A stretch of DNA of 61,352 nt, filler included, from Basidiobolus ranarum (lineage: Eukaryota): assembly GCA_040143965.1 (NCBI GenBank). It is 18 parts of 18 records of this genome, joined end to end, with 100 filler letters (N's around TTAATTAATTAA, not from the genome) between each part and the next. Parts side by side here need not be neighbours in the genome. Positions count along the whole stretch, not along the records: positions 23,956 to 27,273 come from JASJQH010002571.1; positions 27,374 to 30,689 come from JASJQH010002572.1; positions 30,790 to 34,100 come from JASJQH010002573.1; positions 34,201 to 37,509 come from JASJQH010002574.1; 14 more parts are not named here. One strand, written 5' to 3'. Shown one piece after another: positions 23,956-36,199 of the stretch (position 1 is its first letter; each line of letters begins with the position of its first letter). The position numbers and the translations under genes were made by a program. The notes beneath the pieces are model-generated. The model saw nothing but the letters and a program-made list of their open reading frames with translations. It did no database searches and had not been told where the DNA came from.

Positions 23956-25638
23956 ATAGAGCAGCATTCTCCACCATTAGCACTCCTTAGTACCCATATT
24001 TCTTCTGCTGATTCTTTCTCTACCATTGCTTTGTAATCCTTGAACATGGCTAAGGCTTCAAATTTTGATTTGAGAAAGAATACCCAAGTATATCTTGTCT
24101 TGTCATTAATAATGGTCATAAAGTACCTTTCCCACCTGGTTAGATGTTTTTCATAGGCCCACATATGTCAGAATGAATCAGAGCAAAATTCTGAGAGAAT
24201 TTGATTTCTCCCAAGCTTTAAAATGGCAGTCTGTGATGTTTCTATATACGCAAACTACACACAGATCCAGTTTAGTGATGCTTTCAATTTCTATTCCTGA
24301 AACAAGCTGATTTTGGATCATTTGGGTCATTTTTTGTTCCCCAATGTGGCCTAATCTTCTATGCCATGTTTGACAGCCTATTTCACCAGTTCTGGCCAAG
24401 TTTGCATGTTCTTGAAAGCAATATGTTGATATCAAGCTTGATAAGTTTTGAGTTTTGATCACAGTAGCTAATTTAGTATTATTCTGATCTGAGAAAGTGC
24501 CTCCAACCTTGCTGAACATAAAATCTAGTCCATGAGTTGTTGCTTGGCTTACTGAGCATGGATTCTTGGCTATATTTGATACATCAAGTACTTCATCCAT
24601 TTTGCAGATGGGGAAGCTGTATTTTGGTCTAAATTGAGCACAACTCTGCCCTTGCCAACTAGATCTAGTGCATAGTCATCACCTAAGTAGACTTTCCTTG
24701 TTTGGATGGGTTTTAAGATTGAAAACCAATCTTTCTTGTTTGATATATGTTGAGAAGCTCTGGATCAATGCACCAAGTTTCTGAGTCTTCTTTAGTGGTT
24801 ATGGATAGGGTAGACACAAATAGATGATCCCTATCAGTGCTTACTTGATTTTCTTGTTCCAATTTTAGCTTTTTGGCAAATATCTTTTTTCTGCAATCTT
24901 TGATTAAATGGTCTGGTTTCTTGCAATACTTGCAGATGATTGATTTCCTATACAGGGCACCATTATTGAAGCCTGTTGGATATTTTACAGCTCCAAAAAA
25001 TGCCTGTTCTGCACTATTTTGCTGAGAATTAGATCTCCTTGATTCCTCATGCAAGAGCCTGGCACCAACATATTCCAATGTTAATTGCTCTGATCTTGAT
25101 TCTAGGGCAATTATGAGGTGCCCAAACCCATCTAGCAGGCTCCCATGTAGTATCAATACTAGGTCATCTTCATTTAGAGATGCTCCAATGGATGAGAGCT
25201 GATCTGCCATAGTTTTTATCCAATTTATATGATTAAGCATAGAATCATTGCAATTTATCAGAAATGAGAATAATTTTACTTGAGATATAGCCTATTAGCC
25301 AGACTTTTAGTCCCATATAGTCCCTCAAGTGTTTCCCCTGTATTTTAGACATTTTTGGCTGATTGTATGTGCCTCAATCAAGAGTCTCTGTAGTTTAGGA
25401 AAAGTGTAAAGAGTCTTGCCTCTGCTTTTTGTGAAAGGCAAGGATAGCTTCTGGTGGTCCCTTTGGCTCCATTTCTTCCTCTGTAACAAATCCCCAAAGG
25501 TCCTTGTCATCTAGCACCATCTGCATCTTGAACTTCAAAAGATCAAAGTCTTCACCATCAAGCTTCTCTGTGGATGCAAAAATGTTGGTAATAGTACTGG
25601 TATAAATTCCTTGAACAGCTAGCTTGGGGCTCATAACT
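23956..25638 (-). mobile_element. Copia family B gag-protease-integrase with PBS; best preserved copy
   Basis: MSPKLAV...KLDGEDFDLLKFKMQMVL, CKYCKKPDHLIKDC, WCIDP, WHRRLGH, RYTWVFFLKSK; PBS AGTTATGAGCCC next to the LTR. Confidence 0.95.
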
Positions 25639-25945
25639 TGATAGAAGTGTCCAGGGGGTTTGGAAGTGTTGTGGACAAGATTTGGATTTGTGAATTAGTC
25701 ACTGAAGATATATTGTATTGAATATGTGCTATATATAGCTTACTATGAAATATGACTATTTGACACGCTTAGATCATAACAAACATGCCTGTTAAGCATG
25801 GGTACAAATTTGAGGTTATTTGGAGAAGTTTTGAGAAAATGGTCAAAATTGGTAAGAGTGCTCTAATTGATGTTTCTATCAATAAGAGCAAACAACACCC
25901 ATTTTGAATGACTGAAATGTGTACTAAATAATCAGAATATGAAAT
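25639..25945 (-). repeat. Copia family B 5' LTR (outer end truncated)
   Basis: Homologous to 35855-36199 and 36893-37244. Confidence 0.85.
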
Positions 25946-27185
25946 TGGTCCAAATTTTGTAGAGATATTCAATCAGTGTCCATGGATTGAGTTTTGTTGC
26001 TATTCTCAAGCTCAAACAACACAAAAACCTCTGAGCTAGTTGAAAACAGCCCGTTGTTGGAAGGCTACTATACTCCGGAGTCTCCTTAACCCATTGCATT
26101 ACATCCATCAGTGATTTTGCTGATACATTGTTAATAAGGTTAGCATATGGTAGTACTGATAATTTCACATGGAATATCATTTCATCACATGTGCTCCATT
26201 GGGAACTACCAGAATGTATAGCAAGGGCCTATAATCTCTAGGCATTGCAAAAGATGCAGCAGGGAATCCATTGTATACCAACATAGATTCAATCTATCTT
26301 CTTCAAACCTGTAATAAAGTTTTACATATCCAATTACAAGATCTCTGCACAGTTGCTGTTTCTGCAGAGTTCTGCTAATGTGAGTTGATGCCATAAGAAT
26401 ATATCAAAAATATCTATAAGCAACACCCAATATTGCCAATACTTATCAGGCAGAAATCTTTTGAAGATTCCACTTGAAAATATACAAATCCAATATTTCA
26501 AGTCTTTGCACTCGAATAAACACCTAGATGAGTGGATATTGATGTGTGTCCTGGTAAAATATGATGGTTTGTCAATGTTTTCAAGCATTTTCCCAATTGA
26601 CTTAAGCCTTGATCCTATCTTATAAGGCTTATTTCTACTGAATTTTCCACTTTATAGCTGAGTAAGTAATATTGGAATGTTGATGAATGGTAAGTACATG
26701 GTGCCTAATGGAAAGCTCTGGCTCCAGTAGATCCCCTTTAGCAATAGGATCTTAGGCCTACAACCAATACCAAGTTTGATGTAAGACTGACTGTTTGGTG
26801 AATTGATATCAGTGATCATATTGAAACTAGACTGGGCTCTTGATGGTAAAATCATAGAGTTTAGTTTTGTATTTGGATGGTAGTAATGCATATGCCTGAT
26901 ATAGTTGACTCCATTGATTTGACAAAATCAACAGCAAGATAGTGCATTGTGCTACAAGAACCTTTAAGTTTACTAATGGCGGGATTGTCACCAATACCTA
27001 TAATGATATTAGCATTAATAAAATATTCACCCATTGGATCCCCATTATATAACCATTGAAATTCTGCAATCAAAGGCTCCAAGAAGCAATCTACAAGCAC
27101 TGATGATTTTGTTCTGGATATGATGGATAGTATCAAAATATTTTGACTCTTGTACTGTTCAAAAGGAGGAAGATTCAAGTCAACT
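25946..27185 (-). pseudogene. CACTA/EnSpm (CMC) Tnp2-like transposase pseudogene
   Basis: Ordered motifs NLPP..YK..NILI, FLEPLIAE, GDNPAISKL, SFPLGTM, KLYY..EEDRL..C, LLHL...IGPCYTFW.FPME, typical of fungal Tnp2 transposases; frameshifted. Confidence 0.85.
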
Positions 27186-27273
27186 TGACTTGTTCCATTG
27201 GACCAGGTCAGATTGTGCCACCCAATCCAGCCTGCTAGTACACCATCTGGCATGATCTGTCAATTACCATGGC
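27186..27273 (+). mobile_element. AGACTTGTTCC family end type B, abutting and interrupting the transposase
   Basis: Near-identical to 53998-54086. Confidence 0.8.
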
Positions 27274-27511
27274 NNNNNNNNNNNNNNNNNNNNNNNNNNN
27301 NNNNNNNNNNNNNNNNNTTAATTAATTAANNNNNNNNNNNNNNNNNNNNNNNNNNNNNNNNNNNNNNNNNNNNATTTCCATACTTTGTTATTTTCTTTAT
27401 ATTTTAACTTCAACTTTTATTGTTAGCATATTATGCTACATTGGCTTATTTATTTAATAGTAGTTTATCTAGTTATTAAATAAATATAACACCCTGTGGT
27501 GTTTATCATCC

Positions 27512-27529
27512 CCCTAACCCTAACCCTAA
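27512..27529 (+). repeat. (CCCTAA)3 interstitial telomere-like repeat
   Basis: Read directly from the sequence. Confidence 0.8.
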
Positions 27530-27988
27530 CTGGAAGCAATACCTTCCCGCCAAGACACCTTTTTTGATACCCATTATTCTGGGTTTTTGTCCTATTGCCC
27601 ATTTGGTTTGAACTGAGTATCTTCCTTTCTGCTTACAACATGTGCCCCTTGACACTATATTTACATCCTCAGAACTGGATTACATTGATCATCAGGTTAT
27701 GGATATGATACAGTTTTGTCACAATATCTTAGAAGATTGATGTTTTGATTCTCTTTGTTTAGATTGGTATATAAGCTAAATAAAGTCCACAGAACCTGGT
27801 GCTTTTCATCCCCCTAACCATACTGGAATATTCATAACCCTAAACCTTTTTTGACCAACCAAATCGTTAAGATTCGGCATTCTCACTGCAAGAGCAGCCC
27901 AACATAAGTGGTAGGGCAAGAATGAATTTTTGAGTATAACTACTCAGTCAACCAGAATGCTATTTTTTGAACTATCCTTCAATATAGT

Positions 27989-28374
27989 ATGAATATAAAC
28001 AGAAAAGTAAGAAGAGGAATCTTAGTCTATTTCACTCTCCGTATTTTCGTGTTGTGCCAATGCTACACAAAACAAGCCGAGTCCTACTTGTGAGAGTTGT
28101 GCATCTGTTCTACCTGCTGAATGCTTTAGTGTTCATTAAGAAAGTGCGTCAGAGAATTTTTTTTATCCAGTGTGCATGCCATGATGGCTACCTAGCCAAC
28201 TACAAGAATTGCGTGAGCTGCTTCTATCCTGAGAGTATTTACTCCGAAGTCTCACTTCAAATCAATGCATTAACTTGTCTACTTGCCCCCAGAAAACCAA
28301 CGGCCACTTCTACTTCAACTCTACTAACGATCACTGCTACTGCTACTCCTTTCAACTCCCCTATGGAGTATTGA
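27989..28374 (+). pseudogene. Decayed Cys-rich, Thr-tailed small protein, probably secreted
   Basis: TCESCASVLPAECF..., then frameshift to QCACHDGYLANYKNCVSC...ALTC and a Thr-rich tail; start approximate. Confidence 0.55.
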
Positions 28375-28675
28375 CATAGTATTAAAGGAAATATAACATT
28401 CATTAGTTCTCTACAATCTCACCAATAAATATTGTGTACCAAATACCGGGTTAAATATTTATGTCACTTGAATTTATAGCCAGGTTCACTATCCCAGATC
28501 CTTTCTCATGCAAATCATAGCAAGATTGAATCACTGTGCAACAATACAAAACATTATAGATGACACTCGGCAGTCAACAACGCAAATACTTCATTTAGAG
28601 AGGAGATTATAGTTATATATAACCTATATATCCCAACAAACTATAAGATTCTTCTCTCCTAAATCTCCATTTGCT

Positions 28676-29173
28676 ATGCTTTATTCTCTTTGATGGATTT
28701 TCTTCCTTCTCGCCTTGACTACGGTTTCAACCATTAATATTTACACTCCAGAGTGCGTAATGTGAAAGAATGCTATGCCTTGTGTTTGTTTTGATTTACC
28801 CGAAGAATCTCCTAACTACAATGAGAACGTTAAGCTATGCTCATATCATCGGGGGTACTTCGCTCACTCCCATGATTATAATCAGTGTCTTGGTATCGAT
28901 AAGTCGATTTCGGAACTGCAAATCCAGTTGGCACTTGAAGCGTGCCAGTTGATGAGAAAGGACTCTGAAGTACTAGACAAAGTTATAGTCCTATCCGCAA
29001 CCACCATTACTGTTACTTCTTCGCAACCATATACGCCAATTTGTAGTTTAATTAATGCTATTGGAAATGAACCTTTGTCACTAGTGACTAATTTTTATAA
29101 ATTTCTCAACGAGCATCTTAAGTATCAATGTTTTCAGTGTTTCAGTGCAAACTACTCATTCGACCTAACATAA
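28676..29173 (+). pseudogene. Paralogous Cys-rich secreted protein with two in-frame TGA codons
   Basis: MLYSL*WIFFLLALTTVS signal-like start in frame with ORF 28775-29173; TGA at 28691 and 28763. Confidence 0.6.
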
Positions 29174-30789
29174 CCCTTGTAATTGGATTTAAAATACTAT
29201 TGTAGTGCTTACCCCAAGATCATATTATATGTATACCCCACTACAGAAGCTTGGTTCGGGTCATACAACACTGTGAAAATATTTAGCATACTAATTGTTC
29301 CCTAGAACTATTTCGTAAGTGAATGAACTGGATATTATTGGCAGGATACTTGTTAAATTGATACATGGACGTAACATAACTTGAGATTCAAGCAATGAAA
29401 TACTAACCCTAAAAGTACAGGCACAGTGCTTAGAGTGGGAAATGATGTCATCATAAACAGCATGAAAGTATTATCCGAGAACACAAAGTTGGAAAAACTG
29501 CACAACCAGACAAACTGCAGCTATTATACTTCACATGCCATAGTCGCAAAGTAATTTACGCAAATTACTTTAATTATGTGCTGAGCTAGTAACCGCAGTT
29601 ATCTTGTATTATGCTAAAGTTTCCTGCTTATATGTAACGTAAGAGTTTACAAGGCCTGTATATTAGCAGAAGCGTTCGCTACTGTTTTGGAACTTATAAT
29701 GGCAGTAAGTATAGCTTTTTGGAGGGAGCTCTAAGGAATAATTAAAGCTACCAGAATCCTAGAATATATCAAAGACAAATGATCTGTATAACTTTCAAAT
29801 ATTTGCATTAAGCTCAACTTGTCAAATGGCTGGTAACAATACTGTTAGTCAAGTTAGAAAAGTTTGTTCACGAATTCTTTTGTTTATCTCACAGCACAAA
29901 TTTTGCATAGGTACTTAATGTAACCTAGACTGATTAAGCTCTTACTCTGTTCAAAAGCTGCAATACTATTGTTTGTTACTAAACTCTTTTGATTATTATC
30001 GCCTGTGCTAATCTTGAAAAACTACAGAAAGAGTAATCAATTTAGAGAGTCGCCATAACACGGTGCACGGGATATATATTAGGCAAAATGAGATATTACT
30101 GCTGTATGAGTTTCATGATTTTTACAAGCCATACTAAAAATAATATGTTATAACCTTAGCAGTTAATACGATTTCTATTTCAAATATATTGGTGGATATA
30201 TTGATCCTTTCGAATTGGCTTTTAAAGCAAAAAATTTGTTAAAAGAAACTGTGGAAACTCCTAGCATAATTCTCAATCATTCGGGATCGGGGACGACAGA
30301 TCCGTGATAAAAGTAGCCGATCCGGTGAATCCAGAACGTGACAGATCATTTTGCCAGCCGATTAATAGAATAACAAACAAACCTAGATAAGAGATGTAAC
30401 TGGTTAGATTTAGCCATTCTTGCCGCGCGGAAGTTCGGGCAAATCAACATACAAATACAAGTGGCTTTAATAGGCTTGAAGTCCATTGGAGAAAGAAACA
30501 TAAAAGCTTCTAAAAAAGTTCAATACTGACTCAATGCTTACTTCAAGACAAACCAGACTAAACCCGGAGAACAACAGTTTGTCCAAGTTCGGCTTCAGTG
30601 CTACGGTAGAGTTCATTTATGTCTCGGATTTTGCGGTAGAACAATCCCTAACCTTTTCAATAGCTCAAAACTAGTCAAGATGTCTCTGCNNNNNNNNNNN
30701 NNNNNNNNNNNNNNNNNNNNNNNNNNNNNNNNNTTAATTAATTAANNNNNNNNNNNNNNNNNNNNNNNNNNNNNNNNNNNNNNNNNNNN

Positions 30790-31630
30790 ATACTAAAAAT
30801 GGAAATCCAACGAAATTACTCTACAGTAGACAAAGAAATATCCGAGAGATTCACGATAATTCAGAAGCGGAGATTCTACGAGCCCAGAAGTCTCCAAATT
30901 TTTCCGCTTATAGAGTTCAAAGTATTGAAGATCCAGATTATTGTCGTAGAATGGCCATCGAGAATATCACCAAAAGAAATCAATTGTTTATGAAAGCAGC
31001 TCGAGCTTTCTCTGGTAAAGGATACGGGAGCGGTGGAGTGGCTTTCTTTTACTCACAAGAGGTAGGTTCTGTTTACTTTTGTTTCTCATTGATATCATTT
31101 ACTCAATTTACCTATGATAAAAGGGTAAAAGTTACGATTCTAAAGTCAAGCAATGGAACGCACGCGCCGCTCAAGCTACGTTGATGCAAAATCAGTTAGT
31201 GTTTCAGGAATTGAATTTATCGATGAGTCTCATAATTAACTTGACTTTGGTTTTAGATTAAGAGTGCATGATAGTCATACAGTTGATCTTCATGGGTTAA
31301 CAGTAGCCCAGGCTCTGGCTGTGGTGAAAGATACTGTCAACGATTGGTACTCGCGAGAAGAAATGAAATCAGGTAATGGTTTATATGTAAGCATATAGGC
31401 ATACAAGCATATATGCACAAGCAACTCTATCTAAAGCTGATTCACTAAATCATGATGTTTTAGGGCGGTCTTACTTCAAACCTTTGACCATCATCACAGG
31501 GTTGGGAAATAACTCACCCTCATACAACTCTCGCCTAGGCCCAGCAGTAACGAACAGGTTAATCAAAGAGGGTTGGAAGTTGGATGTTAGTAGAAAGGGT
31601 TTCGTAATTGTAAAAGGAGTGAGAATGTGA
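30790..31630 (+). CDS. Smr-domain endonuclease, Cue2/N4BP2-like; 3' exons
   Basis: DUF1771-like KAARAF...GGVAFFYSQEG, then VDLHGLTVAQA and LTIITGLGNNS across three GT-AG introns; stop at 31628-31630. Confidence 0.88.
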
Positions 31631-31938
31631 TTGCGGCTATCAGATAATCACAGAATAGCATTCATAATAGTTTTGTTTTTAGATATTTATGAGTATGTGT
31701 ATATAGGTATATATACGCCTTTTCGCTTTGCCTTGGATGTACTTATGTTAGTTCCAATCGATCTGAACCGTGTAATAAATAACCGATAATGCTGAAATAT
31801 ATATTAAGAATCGTTATCTTCTTTAATGGTTACTTTATTTTGTGGCGAGAGTTCACTTGGGCCATTATGGATTTGATAATACGCGCGATGACTTGTCTGG
31901 GATTCTATTGTATATTTAAGATTTTTGCTTATTAGATA

Positions 31939-32796
31939 CTATAGAATAGATTTTGTACTCGTCGGAGGGGATGGATAACCAGTGTTGATTTCTTCTTCGA
32001 TCTGAGATTCCTTGGCCTGCTCACGCTGCATTTTGGCTCTTAACTGCTTCTTCAATGAGGCTATTGAAGGACGCTTATCACTCTTAACGGTAGTAGTTGC
32101 GGATTTTCGTGCTTGTAATTTCTCCAAAGTCTTTAAAGTGATGGGGTCCAAGGCCTCTCTAAAAGTTTGCTCTTTTGATGATTTCTTGGCAAAATAGCTG
32201 CAATATGTATCAAAGGCCACATCACGAACTTCAGGAGAAGCATCAGATATGCCGGAGGAAATAGAGTCCTCGACGATTGAGGCGTTTTCGTCTAATTTGG
32301 GTTCATATAAATTAATAATACATTGTAGTGCTTTAATTACCGCAAATCTAATGTCCTTGTTTTCACTCGCTTTTTCCTCGAGTAAAGTAGTGAACCAACT
32401 GGTTGGACCAGAGGATGTGAGCATCTTTATCAGCGAGTCATGAGCTTTTGTGCGAATGATCTTATTTGTACGACCACAATTCTTTAATACGACTGGCAGG
32501 TAAAGGCTGGCTAAAGGGTCAAACTCGAACTTTAGATAATGGGAGAGTTCAACGGCATACTCCATAGCTATGATACAAAGTTGGGTTCTTTCGCTTTTTA
32601 TACAGTCAATTACACCAGGGGTTATAACTTCACACAATCCAATAAAGTTACTCATTTTGTACACATCAGGTAAGGAGATTTTCAAAGAATTCAAAACATC
32701 TCGACGCTTTAACCACTCTTCCTCCTCAGATTGGGTGAATATTGTTGAATACTCTTCCACCTCCTCTTCATAAGTTTTGCCAGTTTGTCCCATCAT
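31939..32796 (-). CDS. CLASP N-terminal/TOG (HEAT-repeat) protein, Stu1-like, 285 aa, single exon
   Basis: EEEEWLKR, IKSERTQL, YLPVVLKNCGRTNK and GISDASPEVR match the CLASP_N pattern; basic/Ser-rich tail. Confidence 0.85.
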   Translation of the reverse strand: MMGQTGKTYEEEVEEYSTIFTQSEEEEWLKRRDVLNSLKISLPDVYKMSNFIGLCEVITPGVIDCIKSERTQLCIIAMEYAVELSHYLKFEFDPLASLYLPVVLKNCGRTNKIIRTKAHDSLIKMLTSSGPTSWFTTLLEEKASENKDIRFAVIKALQCIINLYEPKLDENASIVEDSISSGISDASPEVRDVAFDTYCSYFAKKSSKEQTFREALDPITLKTLEKLQARKSATTTVKSDKRPSIASLKKQLRAKMQREQAKESQIEEEINTGYPSPPTSTKSIL

Positions 32797-33322
32797 GTTT
32801 ATCAAACAAAGGTTTGTTGTGAAAGTTGAAAGATTGTTTAGTAAAATTTAGACCAAGGATGAGAATCCTTAAATGGGATTTTTTTCTTCTACATGGAATT
32901 CGGTTTTATTTATATCTCTATAGATAGGAATAACCATAATTTGGAATATCCAACATCTCCCGCTGTTGCTCCTGGAGATTTTGTAAAATCCCGTATTCTC
33001 TAAGCATGTACCCTCTTTGGATGAGGATACAGTATGCATTTTAGAAGTACGGTAAATAGATACCTATAGCTATACATACATGTACGCGCATATACTTTCG
33101 ATTTTAATTTAGCGTGGAGTGAGCTTAGTGAATACATGGTCTTAGCATGAGTCAACTATATGTTTATCTTATGAATGGCGAATTGATTTGGAAAATGAGC
33201 AAGATTAATTGGTTGAGATCGAGAGTTGCTCAAGTGTTTTTATTTATTGTTGACAATAAGCCTTCTATTATCACCAAAGTACTTCACTTGTCAACTTCTC
33301 ACTTTTAATTTTCACACTCAAG

Positions 33323-33676
33323 ATGCTCACCATAGAAAGAACCACACTTCATTCTCAAAACGCTACATTTCAACAAGAAAAAGAGACTGTAGCAAAGGAT
33401 ATTGCTCAGGTGAGCTTGTAAAACTGTATGCTCTTTCTTCCTTTAATAACTCGAACTTCTATTATATTTCAGGGTATAGAGGAGCTCATCACTAATTTGA
33501 CCATGTTAAACCGAAATCTTGAGTTGGTCAACTCTCTGGGTAAAGACTTCGAGCAAATGAATCACTTATGGTCTGGTTTCCGACAAGTATGTGCGGGAGA
33601 TGACATTCAAGACGAAGAAACTGAAACGTCGGAAATAGATGGAACATCTCAGCTTTCTCATGAGTCAAGTCCATAA
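33323..33676 (+). CDS. DAD1: DASH/Dam1 complex subunit Dad1
   Basis: Exon 33323-33409, intron 33410-33472; FQQEKETVAKDIAQGIEELITNLTMLNRNLELVNSLGKDFEQMNHLWSGF matches the Dad1 pattern. Confidence 0.88.
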
Positions 33677-34200
33677 TATGTAAAATAAAGAGTTATTAAT
33701 GTATTTCCAGTCCTAACACCCTCCACCATCTTAAGCCTGAACATACATTCAGGTTTATTGGTCTTATTGCCTGAACTTCAATTTAATGTCTGGAAAAAGA
33801 ACATAACGAGTGGAATTCGGCTACAAAAACTATATGGCGATTATAATGAAACTAATTGGATCAACGTATCCAGTGCCAACTTGTAGCCAATCAATTGACT
33901 CTCATCTAAACCTTTGTCGCAGTCGGGATAATTTAGATCCGTATACTATACATTCTCTACTTGTGTGATTATTCTTTCGGAAATCCCGGTTCGCTATTGC
34001 TATTTTTGGAAGAATCAACATGACTTTGAGTGAATGGACAGGGGAAGGAAAGTAGTTTACAATTTCATTCGAAGTGGGGTTTTAGCCGACCCGGTATCAG
34101 NNNNNNNNNNNNNNNNNNNNNNNNNNNNNNNNNNNNNNNNNNNNTTAATTAATTAANNNNNNNNNNNNNNNNNNNNNNNNNNNNNNNNNNNNNNNNNNNN

Positions 34201-35854
34201 TATACAAGCAACTGATTGGCCTTAGACTTTATGTTCAGATGCAGTCACCATACTCCATATTTTCCTCTTTGGGAATTACTGCTTGTACCACAAGTCACCA
34301 GACTTTCAACAGTTTTATCATCAACACAGGTCATAAAGTACCTTTTGTCACCTAGTGAGATTCCTTTTGTGGACAACCATAGGTCTGAATGAATCATGGC
34401 AAATTTCTGAGTCAATTTGTTCTCTCCAGAGCTTGAAAATAGCTGTCTGTGATGTAATCCATGTATGCAACCTTAATACACACCAAATATTGTGATATTT
34501 TTAATTTCTATGCCTGAATCAAACTGATTCTGGATCATATGGGTCAGTTTTGTTCCTCAGTGTGGCCTTGTCTTTGATGCCATGTTTGACAACTTATTTT
34601 ACTGGGATTAGTCTGGTTTGCATGCTCAGAGTGCAATATGTTAATTTCAAGCTTTTGTAAGTTTTGTGTTTTAGTCTTCCTGGCTAATTTGGCATTTTTC
34701 TGATCAGTGATTGTGCATCCAGCCTTGCCAAACACATAATTTTGTCCTTTAGCTGCTACTTGGCTTACTTTAAGTAGATTTGTAGATGTATTTGATACAT
34801 TGAGTACATCATCCAATTTTGCTAATGGTATTGCAAATTTTTGGTCTAAATTGAGCACTACTATGCCCTCATCAACTGCATTCAGTGCATGATCATCTTC
34901 CTAAGTAGACTTTACTTGTATGGATGGGTATGGTGAAACAATTGTTCTTGTTTGACACATGCTGAGAAGCCTCTGAATTAATATGCCATGTTTCTAGGTC
35001 TTACTTAGTCGTTACTGATGTTGTAGACACAATGATATTATTCCTACCAGTCCTTGCTTGATTTGCTTGTTCTATATTTACAATTTTGGCAAAAGATCTT
35101 TTACTGCAATCTTTGATCGAATGGCCTGGTTTCTTGCAATACTTGCAGATAATTAGTTTCCTACTAGTGGCACCATAGTAGGAGTCTGTCAGACATTTTA
35201 CAGCTTCAAAATAATCCTGAACTGCATTATTTTTCCGAGAATTAGAACTCCTAATTCCTTACTCAAAAGCCTACCACCAACATATTCTATTGTAAAGGTT
35301 TAGATCTTGATTCTAGGGCAATTATGAGGTTCACAAGCTTATCTGGTAGATGCCCAAGTAGTGTCATGACTAAGTCATCTTCATTTAGAGATACTCCAAT
35401 GGATGAGAGTTAATTTGACATAGTTTCTATCCAACATATAAAACATTGACTATAAAATCAGCAAAATTCTTTTAAATTGAGGTTAACTTTCATCCAGGAC
35501 ATAGCCTATTAGCCAGACTTTTAGTCCCTCCTAGTCCTCCCAGTGTTTCCTAAGCATTCTGGATGCTTTGCTGCATTTAAGTGCCTCAATTGAGAGTCAC
35601 TGAGAGGTGGACAGGATGTGGAGAGTGCTTTCAGCTGCTTCTTACAAAAGGTAAGGACAGCTTCTGGTTACCTATTTGGTTGTATTTCTACTTCTGTAGC
35701 AAAAAACCAAAGGTTGCAGCTTTCTAGCACCATTTGCATCTTCAACTTCCAAAGGTGAAAGTCTTCATCTTGAAATGACTCTGTGGATGCTAAAATGATG
35801 GTATTAGTACTGGTAGACATTTCCTTAACAGCAAGAAGCTTTGGGCTCATAACC
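34201..35854 (-). mobile_element. Copia family B gag-protease-integrase remnant with PBS GGTTATGAGCCC
   Basis: Homologous to 23956-25638; CKYCKKPGHSIKDC. Confidence 0.9.
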
Positions 35855-36199
35855 TTGTAGAAGTGATTTAGGGATTTGGAAGTGTCTGGACAAGATTTGG
35901 GTTTGTACTAAAGACACTAAAGTTTGGTTGACTTGAATATGTACTGTTTATTACTTACTATGAAATAGAACTATTGGATATGCTTAGTTCATAACAAACA
36001 TGCCAGTAAAGATTGAGGGGAAACATGAGGTGATTTGGAGTAGTTTTAACAAAATAGTAAAAAATGATAAAAGTGTTTTAGTTGATATTTCTACTAATCA
36101 GGGCAACAAACACATGTTTTTGAATGGCAGAATTGAGTGCTAAAAAATCAGAACAAACTAACTAATAAGTAATGAGTTGCTATTTATCTTATTTCAATA
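35855..36199 (-). repeat. Copia family B 5' LTR
   Basis: Adjacent to the PBS; homologous to 36893-37244. Confidence 0.85.

Noticed and set aside
30530..30689. Possible gene start with an intron at the contig end
   Set aside because: Too short to identify
32012..32773. Plus-strand ORFs over the CLASP-like gene (likewise antisense ORFs over gamma-tubulin and the NXPE-like gene)
   Set aside because: Antisense shadows of real genes
17119..33676. Apparent microtubule gene cluster (gamma-tubulin with CLASP-like and DAD1)
   Set aside because: Gamma-tubulin is on a different contig; only the CLASP-like gene and DAD1 are physically linked
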